From assembly GCA_000091205.1 (NCBI GenBank), contig AP006493.2: a stretch of DNA of 64,000 nucleotides, one strand, 5' to 3'. Below are positions 21,498 to 31,419 of this stretch, piece by piece. Each line of letters begins with the position of its first letter. Within the stretch, counting starts at the first letter, position 1. A program made the position numbers and the translations under genes. The notes beneath the pieces are model-generated. The model was not told the DNA's origin. It was given only the letters and a program-made list of their open reading frames with translations, and did no database searches. The DNA is from Cyanidioschyzon merolae (lineage: Eukaryota).

Positions 21498-21890
21498 GTG
21501 AAGGTGATCCAGGAAGCACGCCAGAGCGCTGCGTTTCACAGGAACCGTCATATAAAAAGCATGTTCATACGCAGATCATGTGTCGGTATGCGTTTCCGGT
21601 GAAGGTGATCCAGGAAGCACGCCCGAGCGCTGCGTTTCACAGGAACCGTCATATAAAAAGCATGTTCATACGCAGATCATGTGTCGGTCTGCGTTTCCGG
21701 TGAAGGTGATCCAGGAAGCACGCCAGAGCGCTGCGTTTCACAGGAACCGTCATATAAAAAGCATGTTCATACGCAGATCATGTGTCGGTCTGCGTTTCCG
21801 GTGAAGGTGATCCAGGAAGCACGCCAGAGCGCTGCGTTTCACAGGAACCGTCATATAAAAAGCATGTTCATACGCAGATCATTATTCGCT
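21498..21890. repeat. Tandem minisatellite, 101-bp unit x ~3.9
   Basis: The unit 'gtgaaggtgatccaggaagcacgccagagcgctgcgtttcacaggaaccgtcatataaaaagcatgttcatacgcagatcatgtgtcggt[a/c]tgcgtttccg' recurs at 21498, 21599, 21700 and 21801. The period is not a multiple of 3, so the overlapping listed ORFs encode identical peptides as an artefact. Confidence 0.95.
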
Positions 21891-22622
21891 GATGCCTCAT
21901 CATGGCCCAGACGTCCACGGACTGACACACGGAACGCAAGGCGTCTCGTTCGTCCAACAGGCGTATCGAGGCTGGCTCCATAATTCCCGAAAAAAATCCG
22001 TCTGCAGCGTGCTGTCCAGTGCTCGACTCATGGGAATCTTGTTGAATTCCGTCCTTTCAGAGAACCGTACTCGTTCCGTATCACATGAATATCGTACATG
22101 AGATACGCAATGTCATTCGAAAGGTCGCAGCGTCCATGCCGGCTGCCGGCACCCTTCGACCTCAAGCGGTGTGCAAACCAGAACACACCATCATCGGTGC
22201 CGCATTCCGGTAACGAGTCTCAGGAAGCATTCTCCACCAGCGGTGTCCGAACAGCGTGAAGCCGCTGCACAGGCGGTTCTCCTGCAGCGTGCCTGTGCTC
22301 TGCTCGGAGCTTGAAGCTGCTAGAAGCGGCACGTTACAGCGCGTTTGGAGATACGTACGGGAACGTAGCGCCTGGTTGTTGTTTCTCTGGAACGCTACCC
22401 ATCATGCTCATTGGACGTCACCGGATGCATAAGCAATGCGGGTTATCGATGCTGCGATTCCAGTAATCCCAAAAGTCATGACAAGCTCGACTCGTAGAGC
22501 AGCGCTTGCCCTGAATGCACCCGAGGTTCGATCCAGCGTGGCGGCACGAGGGCAAGGGCGTGGCTTTGGTGACAACCACGTTGCGCTCGCTTCTCCGCAG
22601 ACGCTGGTGCCGGTAAACGCCT

Positions 22623-25600
22623 GTGGTACGTCTGCGGAGCATGGAGACCGAGTTGTATCGAGAGAGCGCACTTTTCTCCTGGGATGAGGTTGCGACCTGG
22701 ACAACGCGTAGTTTGGCTACAGGGAGGACCGCGGAACCCGAGTCCATCGCTAGCCCTGGTGGGCCGACTGCCTCCCAGGGCGCAACGCAAACAGCGCTCG
22801 AAGCTAGCAGCGGGCGGGTTGTGGACGCGGGCGCGGTGTTTGGCGCTCCCGTACGAGACTCAGAGGCAGGTTTCAATGACGAGTACATCGAGGTGCTCAT
22901 CTGGAGGCTTTTGCGTCACAAGGAGCGGGATCGGGCTGGTGCCTCGCTTTGGCTCGAGATCGCCCGGAAACGTTTCTACGGTTCTATGCAAAAGTTTCCA
23001 GATCCAGGGGCTCTGGGAAACCTGTCGACTTTGCAAGCGACGCTTGCTCAAGTCTTACACGGAGAGCGGTGGCGTCTACTGGACGAATCCATCTCCGCCG
23101 TGGTCTTTGGTGCGGACCCGAGCTGGTGCTACCTCCTCGTTGCGGGTACTCGACTTGTCTGCGTTCGACTGAGCGCGCTCAAGTCAGCCCAGACAGAAGT
23201 TGTTGCTTACGAGTACAGAAACGGGTTGGGTGTAGGCACAGCGCTTTCGTCCGAACGAGTGATGCGAACACCTGGAAGCATGCGTCGGGAATCTGTTCAG
23301 GAAAGCCACCTCGATACCGAGACGGCGGATATGCGTTACTTTTCCATGGAGACCTACGCCCCATTTCCCTCGAACACAGTTCAGACGCTGCACTTGCCGA
23401 CCGAAGTTTACGCAATCCAAGCCTTGGAGGATGCGCCGCACGCTTTTATTGCGTTCGCACGAAGTGGGCATCTATTCCGTATCGAAATCATGCAGCCTAC
23501 GGGAATGGATGTGACAAACGTTTCATACACGCTGACGACGCTCGCATCCCCGAAGAGTTTCCGTAATTTCGGTCCAGCAAAGAGGATACTGCAATCACTG
23601 AAAACGCCGGGGCGCCTGGGGGCCACGGCGGGAGCCTCCACACCAACCCGCGTATCTCCGCTGGGAGTGGAGAGGCGGACGCCTTGGCTTGCCAGCAGCA
23701 GGTCTGCAGGTCGCGCTTTTGGACAAGTTCCGATCGTTGCAACTTGTGCGATGCGTGGCCACGTGTTGATGCTCGACATGGAGGGCATTTTTCGACTGTG
23801 GGACCTGGGCAACCCGCAGGTCTTTGTTGAGTCGGTGCCCTGGCGTGCCTCGCTGGCGTCATCGGGGAGTTTCGGCTTGGTGCCGCATACGCATTCTGTG
23901 GAGATAGCTGCGCCAAACGGAGTAATGGCCTCATTTTTAGCCGTCGTCTCTGTTTTGGACGCAAGCGGCCTGTTGCGTTTGCAACTCATTCATGTCGTCT
24001 TGCGGCGCGCTGCTGAGGAAAACAGCACGCCCACCGGTCTGGAACTCACCACACAGCTCTTGGCTGATGCGGAGGCGCCTGCGGAAGAGCTGACGACGTG
24101 CTGCTTCTGGCAATCGCAGCAGGCACTCTGTCTGGGCTGGGCAAACGGCAGTATCACCTTGATACCGGTATCCGCTGATGCTATCTCATCGGCAAGTACC
24201 CGGGAAGCCTCGGGAGAGCCCTGGTGGTCATTCTCACTGAAGCCGGTCTACAGTATCGCTGCCGAGGATGAGATAGATGCGGACCTCCATCTGCAAGGCG
24301 CCCTGGATCGGACACCGGGACGCGACCCGGTAGAGCGTATTCTAGCGCCGCATCGTTTCCCCTGGGGCACTGTCTACCGGGTACTGCAGCGTTCGCTCCG
24401 CAGCGAGCAAGATGCTGCAAATACCTCTGCCGTGACGTCGGAGTACGCACTGGATCAAAGCATGTCACCGTGGACGTTATCGGCGTCGCCGTGCCTCGTT
24501 CGGTATCTGCGGGAGCGCCTGGTCGAGCTCGCAACACAGGATCCCGCGACGATGGATCGCTTCCTTCGTCGCGTTCGCATGTTTTACCTCGAAAACGACG
24601 CGTCCGTTCTACAGCTGCAACCGATGCCTCTTTTGGATGCATTCAGCCTTGTCGTGCATCCCTGGGGTGCCGCCGTACTCCGCCTCTGTGATGCGTCGGA
24701 GTGCCTGTTTTTCCGGAGTCGCGATCATTCGTTCAGCACCAATCAGGGCGATGCGCTGCCCTGGATGACTTTCTTGAGTAGGCTGCTTGTCGAGCGCTTC
24801 AATGCTTCACGCTGCGATGCCTCGATTGGTGGATCAACGCCAGCGCTGGAGCCACTTGCATCGCCACCGGCCTTGCTGCAACAGGACGACTCGGCAGCGC
24901 TGCTGCATCACCTGTGGGATATCGTGACTGGTCCATGTCTGCTGACCGCGGATGCTCTACAGCGCCTCCAACCGCCACCTGGCCTGCTAGCAGTCGTGCA
25001 GGCTACAAGTCTGCCGCAAATTGCCTACGTGCGGCGGACTTTTGCTGGCATTGGCGCGAATCTTGCCGCGCTAGGGCAGCAGCAGCAGCAGCAGCAGCTA
25101 AATTTCTGGAATCACCAGGAACGGCTGTGGGACTTGGCACTGCGCATCAGCACCAGCGCCGAGCTAAGCGACCAGTACGGACACCATTTCGTGGAACGAA
25201 TGCTCGGGAACGGCGAGTGGCTCGTTTGGCTGAAAATGCAGCACGCGCTCAGCACAGACTCTGTTAACGCCAACGCAAGCGCGTCTGCCGGCTCTGCCAC
25301 CTGGTTGACGCTGGTACCGCTGCTGATACGGCCGAGTCCTTCGATGGTACGTCTTCTGGTAGAGAAGGCGCCGTTGCACTGGGCGCTGCTCCTGATCGAT
25401 TCTTTCTATGAGAATGAGATGCCTGCGGTTCGTGCTCATGTGGCAGGCCTCATCGCACTGCAGCGCTGGCGTGAGGAGCGGCAAACGGATCCAGTGTCGC
25501 CTTTTGTTGAGGCGTGGACGGAGCTCCAGCAGAAGCAGCGGCCACTTGATCTGGAACTCTTACCACAACTCGTTGGAAGTATGAGCGGTGCACTGGATTA

Positions 25601-27233
25601 CGCAGAACGCATGGTGGAGTTTCTCGAGGATCAACAGGCGCATGAGGCAGCCTGTCAAATGGCGCGAGTCGCCCTTGCGACCCTAAGGGCAGAGCGCCAT
25701 GTGCAAGCAGGAGGCGAGCCTCAACCGGGCCTCGTTTCTGTACGTGAACGAACCGAGCGAGAAATCACCCAGACTCAGTTGGGATTCTTTCTATTCATGC
25801 GGGCACTGGATACGAACGCGCTCGACGAGGCGCTCTCGGTGCTCGTGAAGGATCTCCGGGAATCGAGTGCGCCTCAGACCCGTGATGCGCTCTATCTCCT
25901 GCTACAAAAAGCCATCGAAATGAAAGGAATGCCGTGGTTGCTGGCTCAATCCCTACCACCTCTGTGCTTTCTGCGCTCTGCTGAGGCGCTTTGGCGCCTC
26001 GCGACCGCCTGTGATCTGGAGCGTGCGGGTTCACTGTACGAGACGACGTGTGCTGTTTACATGACTCGGAACGAATGGTGGCTGGCAGCGTGCGTCGCCG
26101 TTGACTGGGCCGAGCGTACTCGTCAAGCACTGGACGCGGTACCAGCGGCACAGCAAGCGCAGTTGCTGGTCGACGCTTCAGCCGCTGGCGAGTCTGAACG
26201 CGTCACATGGCTCCTGGAGCAACGTCAGTGCGCGTTACAGCTCGCGCTCTACCTGCTCAAGCAGGCCGGGGACAAAGCCGTTCCCGTCACTCCGTCCTGG
26301 GTGATGGTCCAAGAGGCTGACATTCGTCGGGCCTGGTTGCTCGTTCGCTATCAACGTGCACTGCGACGTCAGCTGAATGCATCGGGGCACAGCAGCGGAA
26401 ACTTGCGTTTCCTATTCGAGACCAGCGATGCGGCAGCTCGATCCGTGGCGTATCAGCTTGTCGCTAGTCCACATCGTTTCGATGGTGAGAGCGGTATCAT
26501 GGCAGCTCTGAGGCTCACGTGTTTATGGTGGAACGAAGCTACTGCTGCTACTGCTGCATCTTCTGATGCGGCGGCTCCAAGCATGGCGCTCGCTGATGTT
26601 CGTCGCGAGACTGCTCGTATTATTCGCCTTGCTGTCGAGCGTGTGCAACCTTTATATGATGAACATGCAGCGGCTGATGCTGCGCTCGTCCAGATCGACA
26701 AGGAACTCGAAGCGGCCCTCAATTACGCTGCTTTGACCGCGCGAACTGGGTACGTTTTCACTCCTGCTCTGGAGGCCTGGATTCAGTGCACTGGCAAGCC
26801 CATGCAGACCGCTAGCTCCGAGCGCAGAACGAATTCCCAGGGAATAGCTACAGAGCGCTTGCCGAACAGGGACCTGGACCCTGCTGCGATACCAACGTCA
26901 ACTGCGGAAGCGAGGATACCCAGTCGCAAACAAAGCGATGACGCGAGCGAGTCCAAACCGGCGCCGTCCACCTTCAAAACGAAAGTGACAGTGGGCATCG
27001 CTTCGGCACCACGTTGGCTAGTTGATGCCGTGGCCCTGCGCGAGAACCACCTCGAGTCTATGCTGAAGCTGCTGATACAAAAGCAGCTCTATGCTGACGC
27101 TGCTCAACTCGTTGTCTTGCGCTTGGAGTGCAGCAGCCCTCGGCGACACCCTATCTATCTCTCACAACATGTTCTGCTTCAGCTGCGAGAACTCCTGAAC
27201 GCTGCCCCGGACACCAGTGCAACCACGTCCTGA
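22623..27233 (+). CDS. Very large hypothetical protein (1536 aa), possibly N-terminal beta-rich plus C-terminal alpha-solenoid
   Basis: A 4.6-kb uninterrupted ORF with an internal polyQ tract (QQQQQQQ) and no recognisable catalytic motif. An architecture reminiscent of nucleoporin/coat scaffolds is only a guess. Confidence 0.6.
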   Translation: MVRLRSMETELYRESALFSWDEVATWTTRSLATGRTAEPESIASPGGPTASQGATQTALEASSGRVVDAGAVFGAPVRDSEAGFNDEYIEVLIWRLLRHKERDRAGASLWLEIARKRFYGSMQKFPDPGALGNLSTLQATLAQVLHGERWRLLDESISAVVFGADPSWCYLLVAGTRLVCVRLSALKSAQTEVVAYEYRNGLGVGTALSSERVMRTPGSMRRESVQESHLDTETADMRYFSMETYAPFPSNTVQTLHLPTEVYAIQALEDAPHAFIAFARSGHLFRIEIMQPTGMDVTNVSYTLTTLASPKSFRNFGPAKRILQSLKTPGRLGATAGASTPTRVSPLGVERRTPWLASSRSAGRAFGQVPIVATCAMRGHVLMLDMEGIFRLWDLGNPQVFVESVPWRASLASSGSFGLVPHTHSVEIAAPNGVMASFLAVVSVLDASGLLRLQLIHVVLRRAAEENSTPTGLELTTQLLADAEAPAEELTTCCFWQSQQALCLGWANGSITLIPVSADAISSASTREASGEPWWSFSLKPVYSIAAEDEIDADLHLQGALDRTPGRDPVERILAPHRFPWGTVYRVLQRSLRSEQDAANTSAVTSEYALDQSMSPWTLSASPCLVRYLRERLVELATQDPATMDRFLRRVRMFYLENDASVLQLQPMPLLDAFSLVVHPWGAAVLRLCDASECLFFRSRDHSFSTNQGDALPWMTFLSRLLVERFNASRCDASIGGSTPALEPLASPPALLQQDDSAALLHHLWDIVTGPCLLTADALQRLQPPPGLLAVVQATSLPQIAYVRRTFAGIGANLAALGQQQQQQQLNFWNHQERLWDLALRISTSAELSDQYGHHFVERMLGNGEWLVWLKMQHALSTDSVNANASASAGSATWLTLVPLLIRPSPSMVRLLVEKAPLHWALLLIDSFYENEMPAVRAHVAGLIALQRWREERQTDPVSPFVEAWTELQQKQRPLDLELLPQLVGSMSGALDYAERMVEFLEDQQAHEAACQMARVALATLRAERHVQAGGEPQPGLVSVRERTEREITQTQLGFFLFMRALDTNALDEALSVLVKDLRESSAPQTRDALYLLLQKAIEMKGMPWLLAQSLPPLCFLRSAEALWRLATACDLERAGSLYETTCAVYMTRNEWWLAACVAVDWAERTRQALDAVPAAQQAQLLVDASAAGESERVTWLLEQRQCALQLALYLLKQAGDKAVPVTPSWVMVQEADIRRAWLLVRYQRALRRQLNASGHSSGNLRFLFETSDAAARSVAYQLVASPHRFDGESGIMAALRLTCLWWNEATAATAASSDAAAPSMALADVRRETARIIRLAVERVQPLYDEHAAADAALVQIDKELEAALNYAALTARTGYVFTPALEAWIQCTGKPMQTASSERRTNSQGIATERLPNRDLDPAAIPTSTAEARIPSRKQSDDASESKPAPSTFKTKVTVGIASAPRWLVDAVALRENHLESMLKLLIQKQLYADAAQLVVLRLECSSPRRHPIYLSQHVLLQLRELLNAAPDTSATTS

Positions 27234-27335
27234 ACCTAGACCGCGCTGTGCTCGCGCCTGTACCAGCAGCGGCAACCGATAGCCCGTACCGCCCGAGCGC
27301 GATTCTCCCGCCATACGGGCACTGATTCGGATACC

Positions 27336-27680
27336 TTACGAGCCGGGACGCTTCTGATTAGCGCGATGCGCTTCAATGCGTTGCGTAAGTTCCACCTCCA
27401 GGTCGCCCAGTTTGTGACCCACAAACGCGCCGCCCGCTGCGAAGAGCACGTGCTCCCAGGGTCGCCGCATCAACGGCAGCTTTTGGAGTGCGTTTGACAT
27501 AAGTTGCACTGCTAAACCAAACAGCGCCCCAGACCAAGCACTTACCATCGCCAGCACTAGGTGTCTAAGGAACCAGCTCGACGGGTCTCGTGACGCTTCT
27601 TCAACGATGACGCGAGCGTTTGTTCCGATCCTACACTGAGCAAGGGGTGTTGCAGCGGCGCCAGCGGATGCGATCGGCAA
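27336..27680 (-). CDS. Small hypothetical single-pass membrane protein (about 70-114 aa)
   Basis: The ORF has one hydrophobic helix 'AWSGALFGLAVQLMSNAL' followed by a charged tail. I recognise no family, so it may be spurious. Confidence 0.3.
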   Translation of the reverse strand: MPIASAGAAATPLAQCRIGTNARVIVEEASRDPSSWFLRHLVLAMVSAWSGALFGLAVQLMSNALQKLPLMRRPWEHVLFAAGGAFVGHKLGDLEVELTQRIEAHRANQKRPGS

Positions 27681-28609
27681 ATCGGTGGACCTTGTCCTTA
27701 AATTATAAATATGTACAGTTTAATACAGTTACGATCGAAGCGACCATGCAGGGTCGCATGCGCAACGCGGATACGATGGCACCTATCTAGCCACCTTGAT
27801 CCATACGTTTCCGAGCCTTATACGACCCGCTGCCTACTATCGGTTTCTGCTTCTCTTTATTCACTTCGAGTATCGAAGGTTACCTCAGAGAATTCGATCG
27901 CGACAGTTCCGCGGGTCACGTCTTCGGTACCACATATCGTCTGATAGGGATGGCGGTGTTGAAGTCGCGGCTCAAGCACTTCATACACATCTATTGCCGC
28001 AGCTTGAATGCACCATTGCAAGAATTGCCAGACTTTGTGCCCACTGTGCTATCTGGTGCTGTGCCAGCTCTCCGCGCTTTTCTACCGCTCAAGCGTACCG
28101 CTGCGCTCTCTCCATCGCCCAGCGTTTTCGGGACCATTCGAACAAGCTGTTGAGCAGAAGAGGCACCTGTGGCGACTATGATCGTTGCTTTTGCTTTCCA
28201 TACGGTGGTGAACGGGTCGTTTGCTACTATCTATCGTTACCACACTGTTCCAATACGAGCTCTGGGCGCAGAGCGCATCCTCTTCGTGCTTTCAGTGTTC
28301 CTTAACCGTCTGCATACTGTGTTATGACTGACCTGATGGAGGAATGCTGCACTCCATGCGCTGTTCAGCAAAGAATAGATTCTATACACAATTCGACTCC
28401 GATCCATAGCATACATTGTAACGTGATATTGATCTTCTGCAGTACAAGGCTGCGAGTACGAAACAGAAATGAGTTGGTAGACTCTCCGACTGTGCGGCAG
28501 CAATCAACCAATATATACAGTTCCATACCATACTATGTAGACTGGGGCTGCGTCTAACGGGCACCTCGGCGGAACCCGTTGCAGAGCGGCGCGCGCCATC
28601 AGTGCTCTA

Positions 28610-28637
28610 CCGCCGCCGCCGCCGCCGCCGCCGCCGT
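28610..28637. repeat. (CCG)9 microsatellite
   Basis: 'accgccgccgccgccgccgccgccgccg' lies upstream of the ABC ATPase gene. Confidence 0.9.
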
Positions 28638-28982
28638 CGATGCTGCCTGCCGCCGCTCGTGCCTTCAATCTCAACGAGCGCCGACACGCCTCGTTTGGCA
28701 GCGTGTGGAAACCAACGGTGCGAGGTAGTCTCTGCGTTTATCCATAACGCTGTTCCGAACTCGTGACGCATGTTCACTATACCGACTAATTGGCACGCAC
28801 TAGTCTGGTCGCATACAGCGTCAAGGACCCGGTTTCCGGGCAGTGCGAGCTTCGCGAAGCGACCTGAGCACGGCACTGCGGCCTCGTTACCGGTACAGAA
28901 ACCGAGGCGTAACGCGCTCTTATCGGCACAATGGCGCGAATCAAAACGCTCCTGGTCTTCAACGGCTATTACTCGGGAAACA

Positions 28983-30731
28983 ATGACCCCACTAGAGCTT
29001 CCGTTCTTGCGACTTAGCCGAATGGCGGCTGGCGACGCTCCTAGGTCAGCTGCAGTGACGCCTGACTCAGCGACGCCGGTAGCGGAACTCGTCAACGTGT
29101 CGTACCACGTTCGGGAGCACTTTCCTGTCATTGAAGATATCTCGCTAGCCCTGCACCGCTACGAAATTGTATGTCTTGTGGGGCAGTCGGGTTCCGGAAA
29201 ATCGACCATATTGCGCCTCTTCGCTGGCTTGGTGCAGCCGACGCGCGGTACCGTGTACTTTGCAGGGAAGCCGCTGCGTGGCGTAAACCCCAATGCAGCC
29301 ATTGTCTTTCAAAACTTTGCGTTATTCCCGTGGCTCACGGTGGTGGAAAACGTGATGCTGGGTCTGGGATCCGAAATCCCTCTAGCCGAACGCCGTCGAC
29401 AAGCGACTGCGATCGTCGATATGATTGGACTCGATGGCTACGAGAATGCGTATCCGCGCGAATTATCAGGTGGCCAACGCCAACGCGTAGGATTCGCACG
29501 AGCGCTGGTAACCCATCCGACGCTGTTGCTGCTGGACGAACCGTTTAGTGCACTGGACGTGCTTACTGCAGAGAACCTGCGCTCTGAGCTCCTGAACCTT
29601 TGGACGCATGGCTCGATGCCGACGCAGAGTATCCTCATGGTCACGCATGGCATTGAAGAGGCTGTATCCCTGGCGGATCGCATTGTCGTCTTGGGCAAGG
29701 GTCCAGGCCGTATACGGGCTGAAATCCCGGTACGTCTCCGCCATCCACGGGATCGCAAGTCGGATGCATTTCAGGAGCTCGTCGATCGGGTATATAAAAT
29801 CATCAGCGACGAGGTTACGCTTCCGGTAGATGCTGTGGACCAAGTCACGTCGGTTACAGAGCGTTCAGGAAGAGGCGGTGCAACGGCATCGGATTCTCGC
29901 GTGCTCGTGTCGCCACCGGATCGTGCGCAAAGTCAACGAGGCTCTATTGCCAGCACCGAGCAGGAAACCCAGAATCGAGCTGGTGATAACGCTGCCGCCG
30001 CAAGCCCAAGCACAACGAATGACGGACAGCCAAGTGATCGTCCGTTGTCGGCAGCTGCGAAGCGCCAGCTGCTGCAAAAGGCCGCGAGGAGTAATGACGA
30101 GCGCTTGAACGAGTTCCCGGCATTACCACCGGTTCGGTTGGGATCTGTGGCGGGGCTTCTCCAGCTTCTCGCCTCAGAGAACAGCCCCGTCGTGGACCTC
30201 TATCGCTTAGGCCAGGCGCTGCAGCTCGATGTGCACGGCCTGTATCCGATCGTAGAGGCTGCGGAAATTCTGGGTCTCCTCTCTGTATCTGAAGGAGACG
30301 TGGCGCTCACTGGGGCTGGGCATGCCTTTGTTGCCGGCAGCGTCGATGATCGAAAGCGAATAGTTCGGGGAGCGCTGCTCGTGGCTCCAGATGCACGTCT
30401 CATCCAAACCATTTGTCGATTGTTGCAGCGAGCTAAGCATCGTCGCATTCCAGAGAGCCTGGTGCTCGACAGTTTACTCGATCGATACTTCGAGCCGTCC
30501 GAGTCTCGTCGTCAGCTCGACACCGCGATCGAATGGGGTCGCTATGCCGAGCTCTTTGCGTACGATAGCGTCAGCGGCGAACTCTTCCTCGAGGACGAGA
30601 ACGACGCCAACACGAACGGAATGCTCGCGGATCGCCGCTCCACTGAAACCTATCAGACGGAGACGCCAAACCAACGGCCCCGGGTAACCAACGCGGGGCA
30701 CTCGGTAGACACAGCGCCGGATCTGGAATAA
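28983..30731 (+). CDS. Bacterial-type ABC transporter ATP-binding protein (NitT/TauT nitrate/sulfonate/taurine family) with a C-terminal AAA-associated domain
   Basis: It carries Walker A 'GQSGSGKST', Q-loop 'AIVFQNFALFPW', ABC signature 'LSGGQRQRVGFARAL', Walker B 'LLLLDEPFSALD' and H-loop 'ILMVTHGIEEA'. The C-terminal ~250 aa ('DLYRLGQALQLDVHGLYPIVEAAEILGLLSVSEGDVALTGAGHAFVAG') resembles the AAA-associated C-terminal domain of bacterial NitT/TauT ATPases. The start could instead be 29022 (MAAGDAP) or the ORF start 28770. Confidence 0.85.
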   Translation: MTPLELPFLRLSRMAAGDAPRSAAVTPDSATPVAELVNVSYHVREHFPVIEDISLALHRYEIVCLVGQSGSGKSTILRLFAGLVQPTRGTVYFAGKPLRGVNPNAAIVFQNFALFPWLTVVENVMLGLGSEIPLAERRRQATAIVDMIGLDGYENAYPRELSGGQRQRVGFARALVTHPTLLLLDEPFSALDVLTAENLRSELLNLWTHGSMPTQSILMVTHGIEEAVSLADRIVVLGKGPGRIRAEIPVRLRHPRDRKSDAFQELVDRVYKIISDEVTLPVDAVDQVTSVTERSGRGGATASDSRVLVSPPDRAQSQRGSIASTEQETQNRAGDNAAAASPSTTNDGQPSDRPLSAAAKRQLLQKAARSNDERLNEFPALPPVRLGSVAGLLQLLASENSPVVDLYRLGQALQLDVHGLYPIVEAAEILGLLSVSEGDVALTGAGHAFVAGSVDDRKRIVRGALLVAPDARLIQTICRLLQRAKHRRIPESLVLDSLLDRYFEPSESRRQLDTAIEWGRYAELFAYDSVSGELFLEDENDANTNGMLADRRSTETYQTETPNQRPRVTNAGHSVDTAPDLE

Positions 30732-31419
30732 GTCCCATCAGGGTCGACATTCCGCACAACAAACGCCTTGTTCAAAAACGGATCCATTAGAGGACGCCGC
30801 TGCCAGGGACCGCCTGTGTGGCGTTGTGCTCGAGAGCGCGCCCCATACGTTTCGTATATCGGGGCGCGTTTTACCTATTGCCTCTGTTTGGGGAGAACGA
30901 ATGCATGGATGCGGGAGTAGGCGCAGCTGTGAAATCCGCTATGGCTATCGCCGCTACTATATATCGGTATCGATGGTGAGAGCGTCACTCGACGCATGTG
31001 TTTCTGCGGACGGGGTGTCGTCAGGGGTTACGGTTCGATCCAGCGACATGCAGACGCCTTCTCTACTCGTACGTTTTGCTTAAAAAAGCGCTGACTACGA
31101 CTGGTTAACATTCTCGTTAAAGCGGAAAGCGGATACATTGGCGATCTGGATTGCTCTCGAACGAACCTGCGAAGACTCACCAGTAACCAGGTATCTCGAC
31201 AAGAATTTCAGGGATCGCTCACGCATGCATTGAAGCGAGTCGAGTCCATTTCTTGAACGTTTTCGGATGAGAATACGCTCCAAGACACTTTACTTATGCA
31301 ACGGTAACCGCAGACGACAAGCGTTCCCCTGAGACGCACAGAGCAGGTGCGCACGCCATATCCCGCCTGTTTCGCTCATGAGGGTCCGGGGATTCACGCC
31401 GACTCCCGACAAGTGCGCC

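Noticed and set aside
21405-21983. Four listed ORFs (65-100 aa) encoding the nearly identical peptide 'GEGDPGSTPERCVSQEPSYKKHVHTQIMCR...'.
   Set aside because: They are generated by the 101-bp tandem repeat read in shifting frames. This is an artefact of the minisatellite, not a gene family.
22505-22545. A tRNA T-arm-like 'ggttcgatcc' motif.
   Set aside because: The flanking sequence does not form a complementary T-stem or acceptor stem, and no cloverleaf could be built. No tRNA is claimed anywhere in the window.
28607-29131. A 174-aa ORF on the minus strand antisense to the start of the ABC ATPase gene, ending in poly-Arg.
   Set aside because: The poly-Arg comes from the (CCG)n microsatellite. 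The ORF overlaps a strongly supported gene on the other strand and has no motif.
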